From positions 197,817 to 261,816 of the forward strand of contig MU619262.1 in NCBI GenBank assembly GCA_025201805.1: DNA of 64,000 bases, in the 5' to 3' direction. Both the position numbers and the translations under genes were made by a program. This document shows positions 27,693-39,819 of this stretch, in pieces; positions within the stretch are counted from its first letter, which is position 1; the number at the start of each line of letters is the position of its first letter. The notes beneath the pieces were generated by a model, which saw only the letters and a list, made by a program, of their open reading frames with translations, did not search any database and was not told where the DNA came from. The stretch comes from Parasitella parasitica NRRL 2501 (lineage: Eukaryota; Fungi; Mucoromycota).

Positions 27693-28586
27693 ATGGCTGC
27701 TGCTGCTCAATCACCTGAAGTTTATGAAATCAGCAAGACTATCGACTACAGTGTCAAGCACCCTCTTCAAAATATTTGGACATTGTGGTTTGATAGCCTT
27801 GAAAAGAAGGCCAACGCTCAATCTTGGGCTGACAGTCTTCAAAAAATCATTGAAATCGACACTGTTGAGGACTTTTGGTGGTAACGACTGAGCGTTCCGT
27901 TTGCGTAAAGATCACTAATCTTGCCTTTAAAAGCGCTTTCAATAACGTAGCCAAGATTAACCATCTTCCTCCCAATTCCAATTACCACCTTTTCAAGCAG
28001 GGTATTCGTCCTGAATGGGAAGATGAGGCCAATGCTAAGGGTGGCAAGTTTTGTATCAAGCTCCCCAAGAATAAGACAGGTGATGCCATCAACAACTACT
28101 GGATGTACCTTGTAAGTGCATCTGTTTGAATTTGATTCCATACACGGCTTGTTCTTACATATGAATTATGCACTCTAGCTTTTGGCCGTCATCGGCGAGC
28201 AATTAGCTACAGAACATGAGGTCTGTGGTGCTGTCATCTCTGTCCGCAAGACTCTTAATAAAATCGCCTTGTGGGTAAAGACTTGTGATGATGAAAAAAA
28301 GATTGAAGAGATCAGGTAAGCAAAGACCGAGTGTGCCCTCCACCTTCTCCTCCTCCCCTCTCTCTAACAATGTTCAATATCTAGCAACCAGCTTCGAGCG
28401 ACTCTCAAACTTTCTGAAGATATCCCTATCGAATTCATTGCTCACGACGAATCGCCTGCAAAGATCGCTGCTGCTTTAGCAGCTGCTTCTCTTGAGGAGA
28501 ATGCTGCCGATGATGTTACGAACGAAGCTAGCACTGATGTGGCTGCTCCATCCACCAAAGCTGATCCTGCAGAGACGGTAGCTTAA
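27693..28586 (+). CDS. EIF4E: Cap-binding translation initiation factor eIF4E (4 exons)
   Basis: KHPLQNIWTLWFD, TVEDFW, YHLFKQGIRPEWED..NAKGG and CGAVISVRK..KIALW. Confidence 0.96.
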
Positions 28587-29002
28587 GTCTTTTTTTCGTT
28601 GAACGTAGTTGAAATAAATGTCCAAATCGCTTTGTTAGTGCGGTGTTGACAAAAGTTGTCTGATGATGAGCTTTTTTTTTTTTTTTTTTGGCCCATCATT
28701 TTATAATCATCACTACCATTTATAAGAGACGGGTAGCTGTCTTGCTCGTATTTTCCAACTGATTCGCTGCAAGGTATTCTATTTGAGGTGAGAATGTGGA
28801 AGCATATCAGTTTCTCAATTGATAAATGTGCTTTCTGCTATAAACAAAGCTTCGCTGTAATAATATGTTGGCATTCAAAGGCCATTCGAAATATTTGAAT
28901 TGAATTCCAACAAGCGCCGAACCGTCAAAATAATGGGCGGGCCACACCAATTGAAATAGGGAGAGGTAAGAAAAAGAGGTCAATGTAGCATCCGTCAAAG
29001 TA

Positions 29003-29015
29003 CTTTCTCTTTTCC
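29003..29015 (+). promoter_or_regulatory. Oligopyrimidine (TOP/TCT-like) tract at the probable RPS7 start site
   Basis: CTTTCTCTTTTCC lies just before the 5' UTR intron donor at 29028. The TSS itself is not known. Confidence 0.35.
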
Positions 29016-29189
29016 GGGTCCTAAAACGTACGTAGATGACTATGGGTCAGGTGTATCATATAGATAGAGAGGAATATGTACATCGTAGAGATGGATGATA
29101 GAATGAATGGATGGATCGATACATCTTTTCGCTCAAGATGAACTGACAGTTTTTTTTTTTGTTGATATCACAGTATATACAAGACGATC

Positions 29190-29928
29190 ATGGCTTCGAA
29201 CAAAATCCAAAAGGCCAACGGTGCCGCTCCTGCTGACGAAACTGAACTCGCTGTTGCCCAAGCTCTTGTCGACTTGGAATCCAGTGTTCCTGAGCTCCGT
29301 GCTCTTTCTATTTCTAGTGCCAAGGAGGTAAACATCTTGTCATGATGTAAACCAGACAAATTGAAACTGATTTCCTACTAGGTCGAACTCGGTTCTGGTA
29401 AGAAAGCTCTTGTTATCTTTGTTCCCGTCCCTATGCTCAAGAGCTTCAACAAGATTCAACAAAAGTAAGTCTTGTGTGTCTTATAAATTAATTGAGCGGC
29501 ATATTGAAGGTATATTAGGCTCACTCGTGAACTCGAAAAGAAGTTTTCTGATTGTCATGTTGTCTTTGTTGCCCAACGTCGTATTTTGGCTATTCCAGGT
29601 CGTCGTAGCAACAACAAACAACCCCGCCCCAGATCTCGTACTTTGACCGCCGTTCATGACGCTATTTTGGATGATTTGGTTTACCCTACTGAAATTGTTG
29701 GTAAGAGACTCCGTCAAAAGGTTGATGGTTCCAAAACTCTCAAGGTGTAAGTAGATGTTTTTGACGTAGAGTGGGATTTTTCCTGACATTTCTCATGTTT
29801 ATAGGTTCCTTGATACTAAGGACGCCACCTCTCTCGAGTACAAGCTCGATACCTTCTCTGCTGTCTACAAGAAGCTCACTGGCAAGGACGTTGCCTTTGA
29901 GTTCCCTGCTAATGCTGATCTCTTCTAA
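29190..29928 (+). CDS. RPS7: 40S ribosomal protein eS7 (4 coding exons plus a probable 5' UTR intron at 29028-29173)
   Basis: [53 protein letters not shown] and [14 protein letters not shown]. Confidence 0.97.
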
Positions 29929-29988
29929 ATTAGATAGATATACAATCAATCTTTTTTTTTTTCTTTTTTTTTTGCTCAAGTAAAAAGG

Positions 29989-30005
29989 NNNNNNNNNNNN
30001 NNNNN
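29989..30005. other. Assembly gap (N run)
   Basis: N bases. Confidence 1.
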
Positions 30006-30547
30006 AAAAAAAAAAAAAAAAAGAGAAAGAGATAAAATGATAGGGTTGGGGTGTAAGGGTTAGGTTTAGGGTTTATATAATGCCTGAAAGAGTAAATAGG
30101 GAGGAAAGTGGGAGATAAAGAAAGTTTATAACATAATCATTGTTATACAATCGATGGATTCGTACGCTGTGTAAATAACGTTAGTTGGGCAATTGTGACC
30201 AAAACAAAAATGCGTATTTTAGATGTATAAAAATGCAAGGGGAGCAAGGGCTGTATTTTATCATATCAGAAATCAAAGGAGTATTGTGCCGTGCATATTT
30301 GATTTCAAAAATAATACAGTGCATGTTTGATTTCAAAAGAAACAAACGATGCAGTATGATAATTTAATGTTCTGTAGAACCACATCCAATAAGGGAAACT
30401 CGTCTCATGCAGCGTGTTACAGAACACTTGCTTTTTAGCGTCTCCTTTCATTGTATGTGTTTATTTCTTTCTTTCTTTCTTTCTTTTTTTCTTTTATCAA
30501 GATTTCTTTTTCCTTATCCTTCAGAAAAGTAATCTTAGCAATAACCA

Positions 30548-31276
30548 ATGTCAAAAGCATCATTTCTTAGAGAGTAAGGATTCTTTTTGCGAACGTTCAT
30601 AACACTGTGTCTGAGTTTTTCATAATTTCAGGTACAAAATCGTTATTGTAGGCGGTGGTGGTGTTGGTAAATCTGCCTTGACTATCCAATTCATCCAAGC
30701 GCACTTTGTTGATGAATATGATCCAACAATCGAAGGTATGTGGCTATTATACGAATGTGACATGCGCAAGCTGCTAATATAAGAGTAGATTCTTACCGTA
30801 AACAGTGCGTTATTGACGAGGAAACTGCTTTGTTGGACGTTTTAGATACTGCAGGCCAAGAGGAGTACAGTGCCATGAGAGAACAGTATATGAGAAATGG
30901 CGAAGGCTTTGTTTTGGTCTATTCAATCACATCTCGCCTCTCTTTTGAAGAAGTGAATACATTTTATCAACAAATTAAACGTGTTAAAGATCGTGATTCC
31001 TTCCCTATGGTGTTGGTGGGCAACAAGTGCGATTTAGAAGGTGATCGACAAGTGTCCAGCCAAGAAGGCAACGATTTAGCCAAAAGTTTTGGGTGTCCTT
31101 TCAAGGAAACTTCTGCAAAGCAACGCATCCAAGTTGACGATACTTTTTACGAGGTTGTACGAGAGATTCGTCGTATTAATAAGGAACAAGAAGGTAGATC
31201 AAAAGGCGGCCAAAGAGAAGCTTTTGAAATGTCAGAGAATCGTAATGATGGCTGTTGTGGTTGTATTTTGATGTAA
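30548..31276 (+). CDS. RAS1: Ras GTPase (3 exons)
   Basis: MSKASFLRE|[39 protein letters not shown] and C-terminal CCGCILM (CaaX). Confidence 0.97.
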
Positions 31277-31601
31277 CTTTATATTTCTTTTTCTTTTTCT
31301 TTATACATATATATATCTTTTACTACTACTATTACCTTTTTTTTTTTTTTCTTTTTTATTTATACTTCCAACTATTACTCTTATTAACCCTCGCAAATTA
31401 ATATACTTTGTTGTATGGTATAATGTTATAGCAATGTGCTCCATCTATTTCTTCCTCCCTTTTTCTTCTCTTCCCCTCTCCCTTCTTGCCTCTCCCTAGT
31501 CAACTCCTAAAAAACCACACAAAAACCAAACAGAAAAGAAATCAGAATTGACAACAACATTTCCTCTTTGTGACAAGAGAAATAAACACGATTTTCATTT
31601 A

Positions 31602-33626
31602 CTATTCCAATGGTCTGTGTCTGATGCTGTTGCGAGGGACAGAGTCAAAAATAGTTTCAGCTTCATCTGTAACTGCATTTGCGGTTAAAATGTGAGGAGG
31701 GATCATCGATCCAGCTTCATCCTGGTCGTTCTCGTCTTGTGCCAGTTCTAGTTCAATCTTGTTCTTATTACTGCTTGAATGCTGGGGATTATCATTCATC
31801 GTCGTATAGTGAGGGGAAAGAGCAATTTCCATGCTTGATTTCTTTGGATTGTCTCATGGCGGAAATTTTAGAGATGCCCTTCGGTCTGCTTCTGCATAAT
31901 CGAATCCTACAAAACAGGGTTTTCGGTCGCTGGCTACAGAATTAGAAGGCGAGGGATGCTTCTGCACAGACGATTGCATATTTTCCATTTTACTTCGAAC
32001 GGAGAAAGCAGTATCCTTCAAAGTGATAGGAACAGGCGTTGCCAAGCTACGATCTACAGTACATATTTAGGGCCCTATAGGCTGATCAAGTTGTGCCTTA
32101 TTCTACATACCTTGTTTTTGGTGATACGCGTTTGTCTTTGTGGACTTGTCGTCCTTTTCTTCTTCAAAGTCAATGCATTTGCGTGAAGGCCTTCTTTTGT
32201 TTCGTGGTGTGTTGGATCGCCATCTATCCGGTGCAGCGCTTTGGGAATCTCCCAGCGCTTGAATGTCTTCATCTAATGGAAAAAAGTCCTCTTTGCTATC
32301 ATCATCGCCTTCCCACGACGAGGAGGTGTTGGAGCAGGTAGTTGCATCAGCAGCGGTGTTTGGCTGTGCAAGAGGATATAAATGATGACGATGCTGACAA
32401 AGAGGAGCTAAAGGAGGATGTTTACGTTGAAACGGAGACGCCTCGGTTGCAGGATTGAATTGACGAGCCTTCTTGAGGCTGCTTTCGTCTAAAACATACC
32501 TGGATCTTCTGCTGGTACGAGATGGAGCAACAAAACCACCCAATAATCCTCTTTTAAAAGCTGAATATCGCCTCCTTGCTCTGTTTCTGATTCAAGCAAA
32601 CAATCCTGCGAGAATGCACATACGATTCGCCTTTCTGCATCTCTATCTCAGCAGAGTCGAAATCGGTATCACGAATGGTTTGGCGATGATGCGATTAAAT
32701 AAAATTTGATCGGTGACACCGTTCGTTGTCTTTTGGTAGGTCAGTCAACGTACTCGTTATAATCTCTTTGATTCCTGGTCATAGAATGGCACAGTCGTAA
32801 GTAGCCCTTTCTCTTTCTCTTTCTGTTTCTGTTTCATTTTCTCTTTCTGTTTTCGGTAGGCTTTCTTGCTCTTTTCGAAATTCTTGGATTTTCTTTTTAG
32901 TGGTTGTCTCTAGATCGACGAGAGATTGCTTTAGCAATTGCTACACTTGACCATGTTGAGTTTTTACCTCAGGGCTGCGTGTGCTTTGTTTAAATTTCAA
33001 GTTGATTTGCATTACCAGATGTTATGTATTATACTCGTAATCATCTTCATCTTCATTTTCTGCTGCATGATTCAATAGTGGGTAAATCTGGATTCAAAAT
33101 GATGTGAAATGTGCTCGAGTAGGCAGCTTTCTTCTGCAGTTCTTTTATGTCATTGCCAAACTTGATGAGAAGCGTGTGAGCAGCAATGCGTTGATCATCA
33201 TGTAATTTTAGTACTTACGAGAGCGCGCCTTTATAAACAATAACTTGATCTCCAAACTTGCCCAGGATGGAATTATCAAACGGGTAGGTAAATATAGTAT
33301 TATACCGTTTAACCTAGTAAATATCTCCAGAGGTGTAATTATGACAGCGAACAGTTATCAAGCCTTGGGGGGGGGGGTTATCCATAATAATTCTGACACG
33401 AATTAAACTTGCATATTCCTACCTGCAGATCCCATGTGCATTTGTAATACATACCACTGTAACGCCTCCCATACTCAAGTCAAATTTCAGTCAAGTAATT
33501 GGTGACGCTTTTAAATGAGTAAACATGTAATTTCTAGATTTCTCATGACCTTCTAGATAGTATTTATTGGTCAAATGGAATTTTGACATTGAGGCAGTTA
33601 CAAGTGTATGTAATGCGGGCTGTCAT
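31602..33626 (-). pseudogene. Disrupted gene with PRAS40/AKT1S1-like motif architecture
   Basis: ATG at 33626 (MTARITYTCNCLNVKI), two GT-AG intron remnants, several frameshifts, and in-frame stops (e.g. 33491, 33314, 32103, 32067, 31854). The three 3' ORF pieces share one frame and give FFPLDED..LATPVPITL..MIPPHIL..ETIFDSVPR. Confidence 0.75.
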
Positions 33627-34278
33627 TGCTCTATTGTTGGTGATAATGTAAAGAATGAAGGATTGTCTCTTTGAGAGTATCCAGAAAATGACCTGGATAG
33701 ACATTTGTTTCAACATGGTCATGTAATAATCGTGCCATACGAGGCAAACCACTTGTATAAAAATATCAAGCAACGTCGTTTAATAATATAGTGGCTATAC
33801 ATGTTCTGTGATTTGAAATCTCAGCAGGGTGAAATTCTCAAAAGTTGCATAAAAGGCAAGGAAATGCTGTGATTTCTCCCAATGCGTCAAAATGTTCATC
33901 AGAACAGTCAGTATTCACAAAGCTGTCCACCCGAACATATATTAATGATATGAATATGCCTATCGGCTTTTGTATGACCGACTGTCGTTGCCTGTACGGA
34001 AATAGGGGCTTTCCTAGCAACATATGACTATTAGATAACGTCTTCACATTGCTCAAAGCAACCATTAACAGGATTCAAGGCATAGCATCATCACCATCAT
34101 CACGGAAGCATTGAATCGCCGAATGAGTCGAAATTGGGGATGGGTGCACACACATATTAAGCACTTTTCAGTGAGCCAAGCTCTCTAGTTAATTTCCACG
34201 TTTGTTTCTTTTTTTTTTTTTTTTTTTTTTTTTAAATCTATATTACCTTTCTTCAGCATAATAACAAGGAAATAAAAA

Positions 34279-35871
34279 ATGACAAATCTGCCTGTTGTAG
34301 TTATGGATAACGGTACTGGGTAAGACGACTAAACCCAATCTACATAACCATGCAAGACGCGTTATTGAAACACACATTTTAGGTACACTAAGCTCGGTTT
34401 TAGTGGCAACAATGAGCCTTCCTTTGTTTTTCCAACTGCTATTTCCACTCGTGAATCGCCTTCAAGCACAGGAAGACCTGGCATCCCCAGTAAGCCTTCC
34501 TTTTTGAGCAACAATTTGGCTTCGAAACGTGGTATTGAAGACCTCGACTTTTATATTGGAGACGAGGCTCTTGCCCAATCCAAGACAATGGCCTTGAACT
34601 ATCCCATCCGTCATGGCCAAATCAACAATTGGGATCATATGGAAAGATTTTGGGAACAGTCCATCTTTAAATACTTGCGTTGCGAGCCTGAAGATCACTA
34701 CTTTCTTATGGTAAAGCCAAAGAATGTTTATAATACCTTGCATACTCATGACATTTAGACCGAACCTCCTATGAATACTCCCGAAAATCGTGAAATGACA
34801 GCAGAGATTATGTTTGAATCATTCAATGTTCAAGGTCTTTATATCGCTGTTCAAGCTGTGTTGGCTTTGGCTGCATCTTGGACCTCAAGTAAAGTGAGCG
34901 AACAAACATTGACTGGCACAGTTGTCGATTCTGGTGATGGTGTCACTCATGTTATTCCTGTCGTAAGTAGCTTTGTGGGGTATATTGATTCTAGAGGGGG
35001 GGGGGGAGAGGTGACAGACTTATTAATATGACCTTGTAGGCCGAAGGCTATGTGATTGCAAGTTCTATCAAGAGTGTGCCTATTGCCGGCAGTGATATTA
35101 CTTCCTTTGTTCAAAACTTACTGCGTGAACGTGGGGAAACAAACATCCCTCCTGAGGACTCTTTGCGCATTGCTCAAGCTATCAAGGAAGATTACAGTTA
35201 TGTTTGCCCTGACATCGTCAAAGAGTTCAAAAAATACGACCAAGAGCCTTCGAAATATTTCAAAAAGTATGATGGTATCTATTCCTCAACGGGCAAGGTA
35301 AAAAAAAAAGAATTTGAAAAGTTGAGCGTAAAAGCAATGCATCTAACCAAAGAAATAGAGTTATTCCGTTGATATTGGTTTTGAGCGTTTTCTTGCACCA
35401 GAAATCTTCTTTAATCCAGAAATTGCGAGTTCAGATTTTTTAACACCTTTACCAGAAATCGTTGACACAGTCATTCAAACCAGCCCTATTGATGTTCGTA
35501 GAGGATTATATAAAAACATTGTACTATCTGGTGGCTCTACCATGTTTAAAGGGTTCGACAAGAGACTGCAACGTGATATAAAGCGTACTGTTGATAGACG
35601 CATTGAAGCGAGCGAAGTTACCAGCGGTTCAGATATGAAAGCTAAGCCTATGGAGGTCAATGTTATCTCCCACAAGAAACAAAGACATGCTGTTTGGTTT
35701 GGCGGCAGTCTGTTGGCTTCTACTGTAAGTCGATCAATTTGCAATTGTACATGATACTCACACAATGTTACATAGGGTGAATTTTACAACTCTTGTCATA
35801 CAAAGGCTGAATACGACGAATATGGTCCTAGCATATGCCGTCATAACAGAGTCTTTAACTCACTTTTGTAA
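34279..35871 (+). CDS. ARP3: Actin-related protein 3, Arp2/3 complex (6 exons)
   Basis: VVMDNGTG|[38 protein letters not shown] and [13 protein letters not shown]. Confidence 0.98.
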
Positions 35872-38800
35872 TACACAAGTAAATAAACCTTTTTATTACT
35901 TAATACATTTCGATTTATGCCTTTTCCTTCTTGGCTACTTCATTTGCGTGAGCTTTTTTATTTTTATTTATAAGTTTGCCAGAGGTTGGTGCCAGATAAA
36001 AATAAAAAACTAAAAGGCACAGCAGAAAGAGAGAGATGTTTGAAGTTTTGATTTTAAGTATGTGAAAACGCTATTAAACATTATAGATTTGCTTTATAAA
36101 AGGAACTAATGGCAAAAAGATCCATTTTGACAAAATCAATCTCAAAAAGTTTTATATTTGAAGTCTATTAACCAGGAACTGCGGACATGTCGACATGAAA
36201 ATAAAATGCCTGGCAATAATCTGATAGTCAAGAAGCAGAAAAACGTGATAAGTACAGCATCACTTTTATATACTTTGATTCCAGGCAACTATGGCTTTCT
36301 AAAGCTGTCCAAAAACATATCGGAAATAGTATTTCCGCGCTTTGTGGGGAACAATTTTGCATGAAGGCCTCATTTTTCGACGGTTTGACACAATAAAATG
36401 TTTTTCCTAAAATACTTCACACATTTATTATGTAAAGCCTTCCTACTATGTTAAGGCATCAAGTGTATTTTTGAATACTATACATGCTGGCGCATTTATG
36501 TTGCTTCAAGTGATGTAAAATTCAAAAAAACTGCCTAATAAAAGCTTGATTTATTGCATTCAGGTAAAAGAGATAACTCTATAAAATCAAATATCTGTAG
36601 CTCATTTGAATTTTGTTTTATTTATAACAAAGTAAAATATAGTTTATTCAAATCATTAATATAATAACTTTATCTTGATTAAATTAAACTTTATAGGAAA
36701 ACAGCAGTAAGCATTGCTCGATTAATTGAGGTGGGGTATCAGGCTGTATCTACAGAATACCATGGTTACCACTACTATTCAACTTAATTGCCATGGCAAC
36801 CGTTCCTGACCGGATTTAAGGTTAAATGTCATCGATTATTCTATATAGTAAATAGAAGTAATTTTGTATAAATAAACATCTATAATTTAGGTTCTACTGA
36901 TTCCAAATTGTGAAGCTTAACCTATCGATGAACGCTTTAAATACATATATAGCAATGAATAGCAAATTAATAGATATACAGATAGGGCTTAATCGGACTA
37001 CTACTGTGTTATCAACTTGTTTTGCAATTGAATGTCGACATAATCTGATTGTATTCATAGATTGATACATGTATTAATATAAATACACAGCTGCTCATCT
37101 CAATCAATAATATCAACGGTTTCATATCGGATAAATTAATATTCTTTTTTACTTTGTTCTTATATCTTTTATCTTATAAAATTCCTGCTGTGTTCACTTT
37201 CAAAGAGACCTGGGGCAACAGAACTCCTAATCTACTTATTGGTTTTCTAAACCGTTATGATGTGACAAACGGTATGTAAAAGGATGGCGAAATTAACCAA
37301 GCTTTAAAAAACAAAAAAAAAAAAACGAATTTAAACACAGAGTATATCACGTGGTTTTTATTTCAAACTCCGGCACGAAAAACGCGATAGTATTTTTGCA
37401 GATAACTTTTGATAGAGACATTGCCCAGTGGAAATCAAGTTATGCTCAGATAGCGATGATTATGCCTATTTTTATGAAGCATAAAACAGGGTTTATGTTG
37501 CTCTTTATAGTAGCCTATCAGCGTTTATATACGATTTTGGGATGGTTTCTGCAGATAACTTTCTAGATTTCAATAAAAGCATCATACAAATGTTTTCGCC
37601 AGATAGCGCCAAGTCAACACTAAGTTTTCCAAGTTAGATCTCGATTCTACGGTCATTTTAGCACAAGTTATGAGCAAATATCTGATATTTATGATAAATT
37701 TTGATGGATTATTGTTAAAAGTCTACAGTAAAGGTTGTATTTTAAAAATAACTATCAAACTGCTTCTCAAACCATAGTAGCCTTGCAATAAGTGCAAGAT
37801 CAACAACAACATCAATATAACTCTCATTCAATGAGTACGTTATGTATCATTCATGGTAATCCTTTCTTTTATTTGAATACTCGAATTTACGTGTCTAAAA
37901 ATTGTAAATAGTGATTTATACTCCATAATCTTGAAGACAACAATTCTTGTACAGTTAATATTTTAACTTTTTCAACATAAATTTGATAATATCATGTAAC
38001 GGGATATCAGCTAAAGGCTTTTCAATTTAATGAAAGCTTTTGACTATAGAATCCAAAGTTTCCGCACAAAAGTCTTTCTGTAGGGGCTGCAGGATATAGA
38101 ATCACAGGCTTCCGCGCTGTGCCGAAATGACAGAACTTCCCACGAAAAGTAATTGAATGTCATCTCTTACGGAACCACCTTAAAGATTCCAGATCAAGTT
38201 AACAAACAAATTACTTGAATATCTAATTGTGAAACCACAAAGCATTTGTATAATCAATTAAGACCAACAAAAAGAAATCGAAGCACAAACCACATTGGAA
38301 CACATAGACCAATGTGAGGACTGGTCCATGCATACCATTTACAAATGTGCCAGAAATATCGATATTAAAATACCGTACCTGATTATGTAAAATTAAATAC
38401 AGACAAACTTCAACTTGGTCCAACTGCCAGTTACGACATAACTGGCAGACAAACTGTTTGCAACAACGAATATAAATAGAGTAGAAATGTCTGGCCATTG
38501 CACGTTATTCTATTTCCAAAATAAAGAAGGAGTTAAATTGCTTCTATTATTGTTTTTAAACGTTTTACTACACACGCTAAGGCCTTTTTGTAGGGACTCG
38601 ATGATGGTGTATAGCAGGATAAATTTAAGTAGGGAAGCACTACGTGAGGACGACTTTTCAACGCTTGACAAATTGTGTTATAATGCTTGGTATACGTTTA
38701 ATTTCAAGTTTTTAGACGAGGTACTATAAGGGAAATTGTCGAAAAAGAAAAAAGTGAACAAAAAAGCGAGTTAATGGTATAGAAAGTATTTCTTTATTTG

Positions 38801-39819
38801 CAAATGTTGATTTCTACTTGAGTAGAGACTAAAAAAACAACTATAACACGAGAAATAGCTCATAAAAACATGGGTTTAGCATTTTCCTTAAATTTTTATA
38901 TATTCCATCATTGAATCTTACTCTCATTGTTTGCTGCACAGAGAAAGTAATAAAAGTACGAATATGCGAATTTGAAAGCGGCTATAGGTAGTGGTTCACT
39001 ATTTTATTTTGTGCATTTTTGTATTGCCATTTGTTGTACATAATGATTTTGATTTTACCAAGTATCAAGGACGATGCAGCAAAATCTCTCTCTGGCAATA
39101 AAATAATTCAAATGGTTGTTTAGCGTATGTCTAGATTATGTTCATCAGATAGCGCTGTATAAAAATGGCCACCGAGTTTTACTTTCGTGCATAAATTGTC
39201 GGATGGATCATCATCCGAAAATTATGACACAATCCCATGCAGGAATTTGCAATCCCATTTTTTTTTATTTGAATACAATATGTATGGCGCACACAGTAAA
39301 AGTGACCATAATGTGATCTATTTATTTCATTCATCCTAACCTTATTGTAAACACTTGATGAAAAGAGGAAAAAAAATTAGTGTGAGGTCATTTTAACTTT
39401 GTAATTTCCTGCAGATATTTCCCAAAAATAGGTTATAACATCCCAGAGGCGCATGTTCCAAGTTAATTTTGACGGCTCACAAAGTTTGGTCCTTGTAAGC
39501 TTGATCTGTTTCAATACCAATCAGGATTATTGGGTGATATGAAATAGGATGAGAAAGGTTCGGATATTTTTTTGGATGAAGCCAGATGGTATTGATTCAA
39601 ATCACTTGTTTATCATAAAGTATTATCATTTTTCTTTAGCTTAAAGAAGTCTAACTTGTGTAATAACGTCACATATTGAGATTCCCAAATCTATAGAAAA
39701 GAAGAAGGTGGGAAAACTTCTACGCTTCTTTTCTTCCTCTTAATTTTCTTTTTCTTTTCTCTCTTATTTTTTTTTTTCTTGCAAATAAACAAATATATGC
39801 GATTTGAATAAATATAAAT

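Noticed and set aside
31602-33626. Rescue of the PRAS40-like gene by stop readthrough (TAG CAA TTG near 32941), selenocysteine or A-to-I editing
   Set aside because: All three stop codon types and several frameshifts occur, so ordinary decay is the simpler explanation.
38100-38730. Short ORFs as a transposase remnant
   Set aside because: No recognisable DDE, RT or helicase motif.
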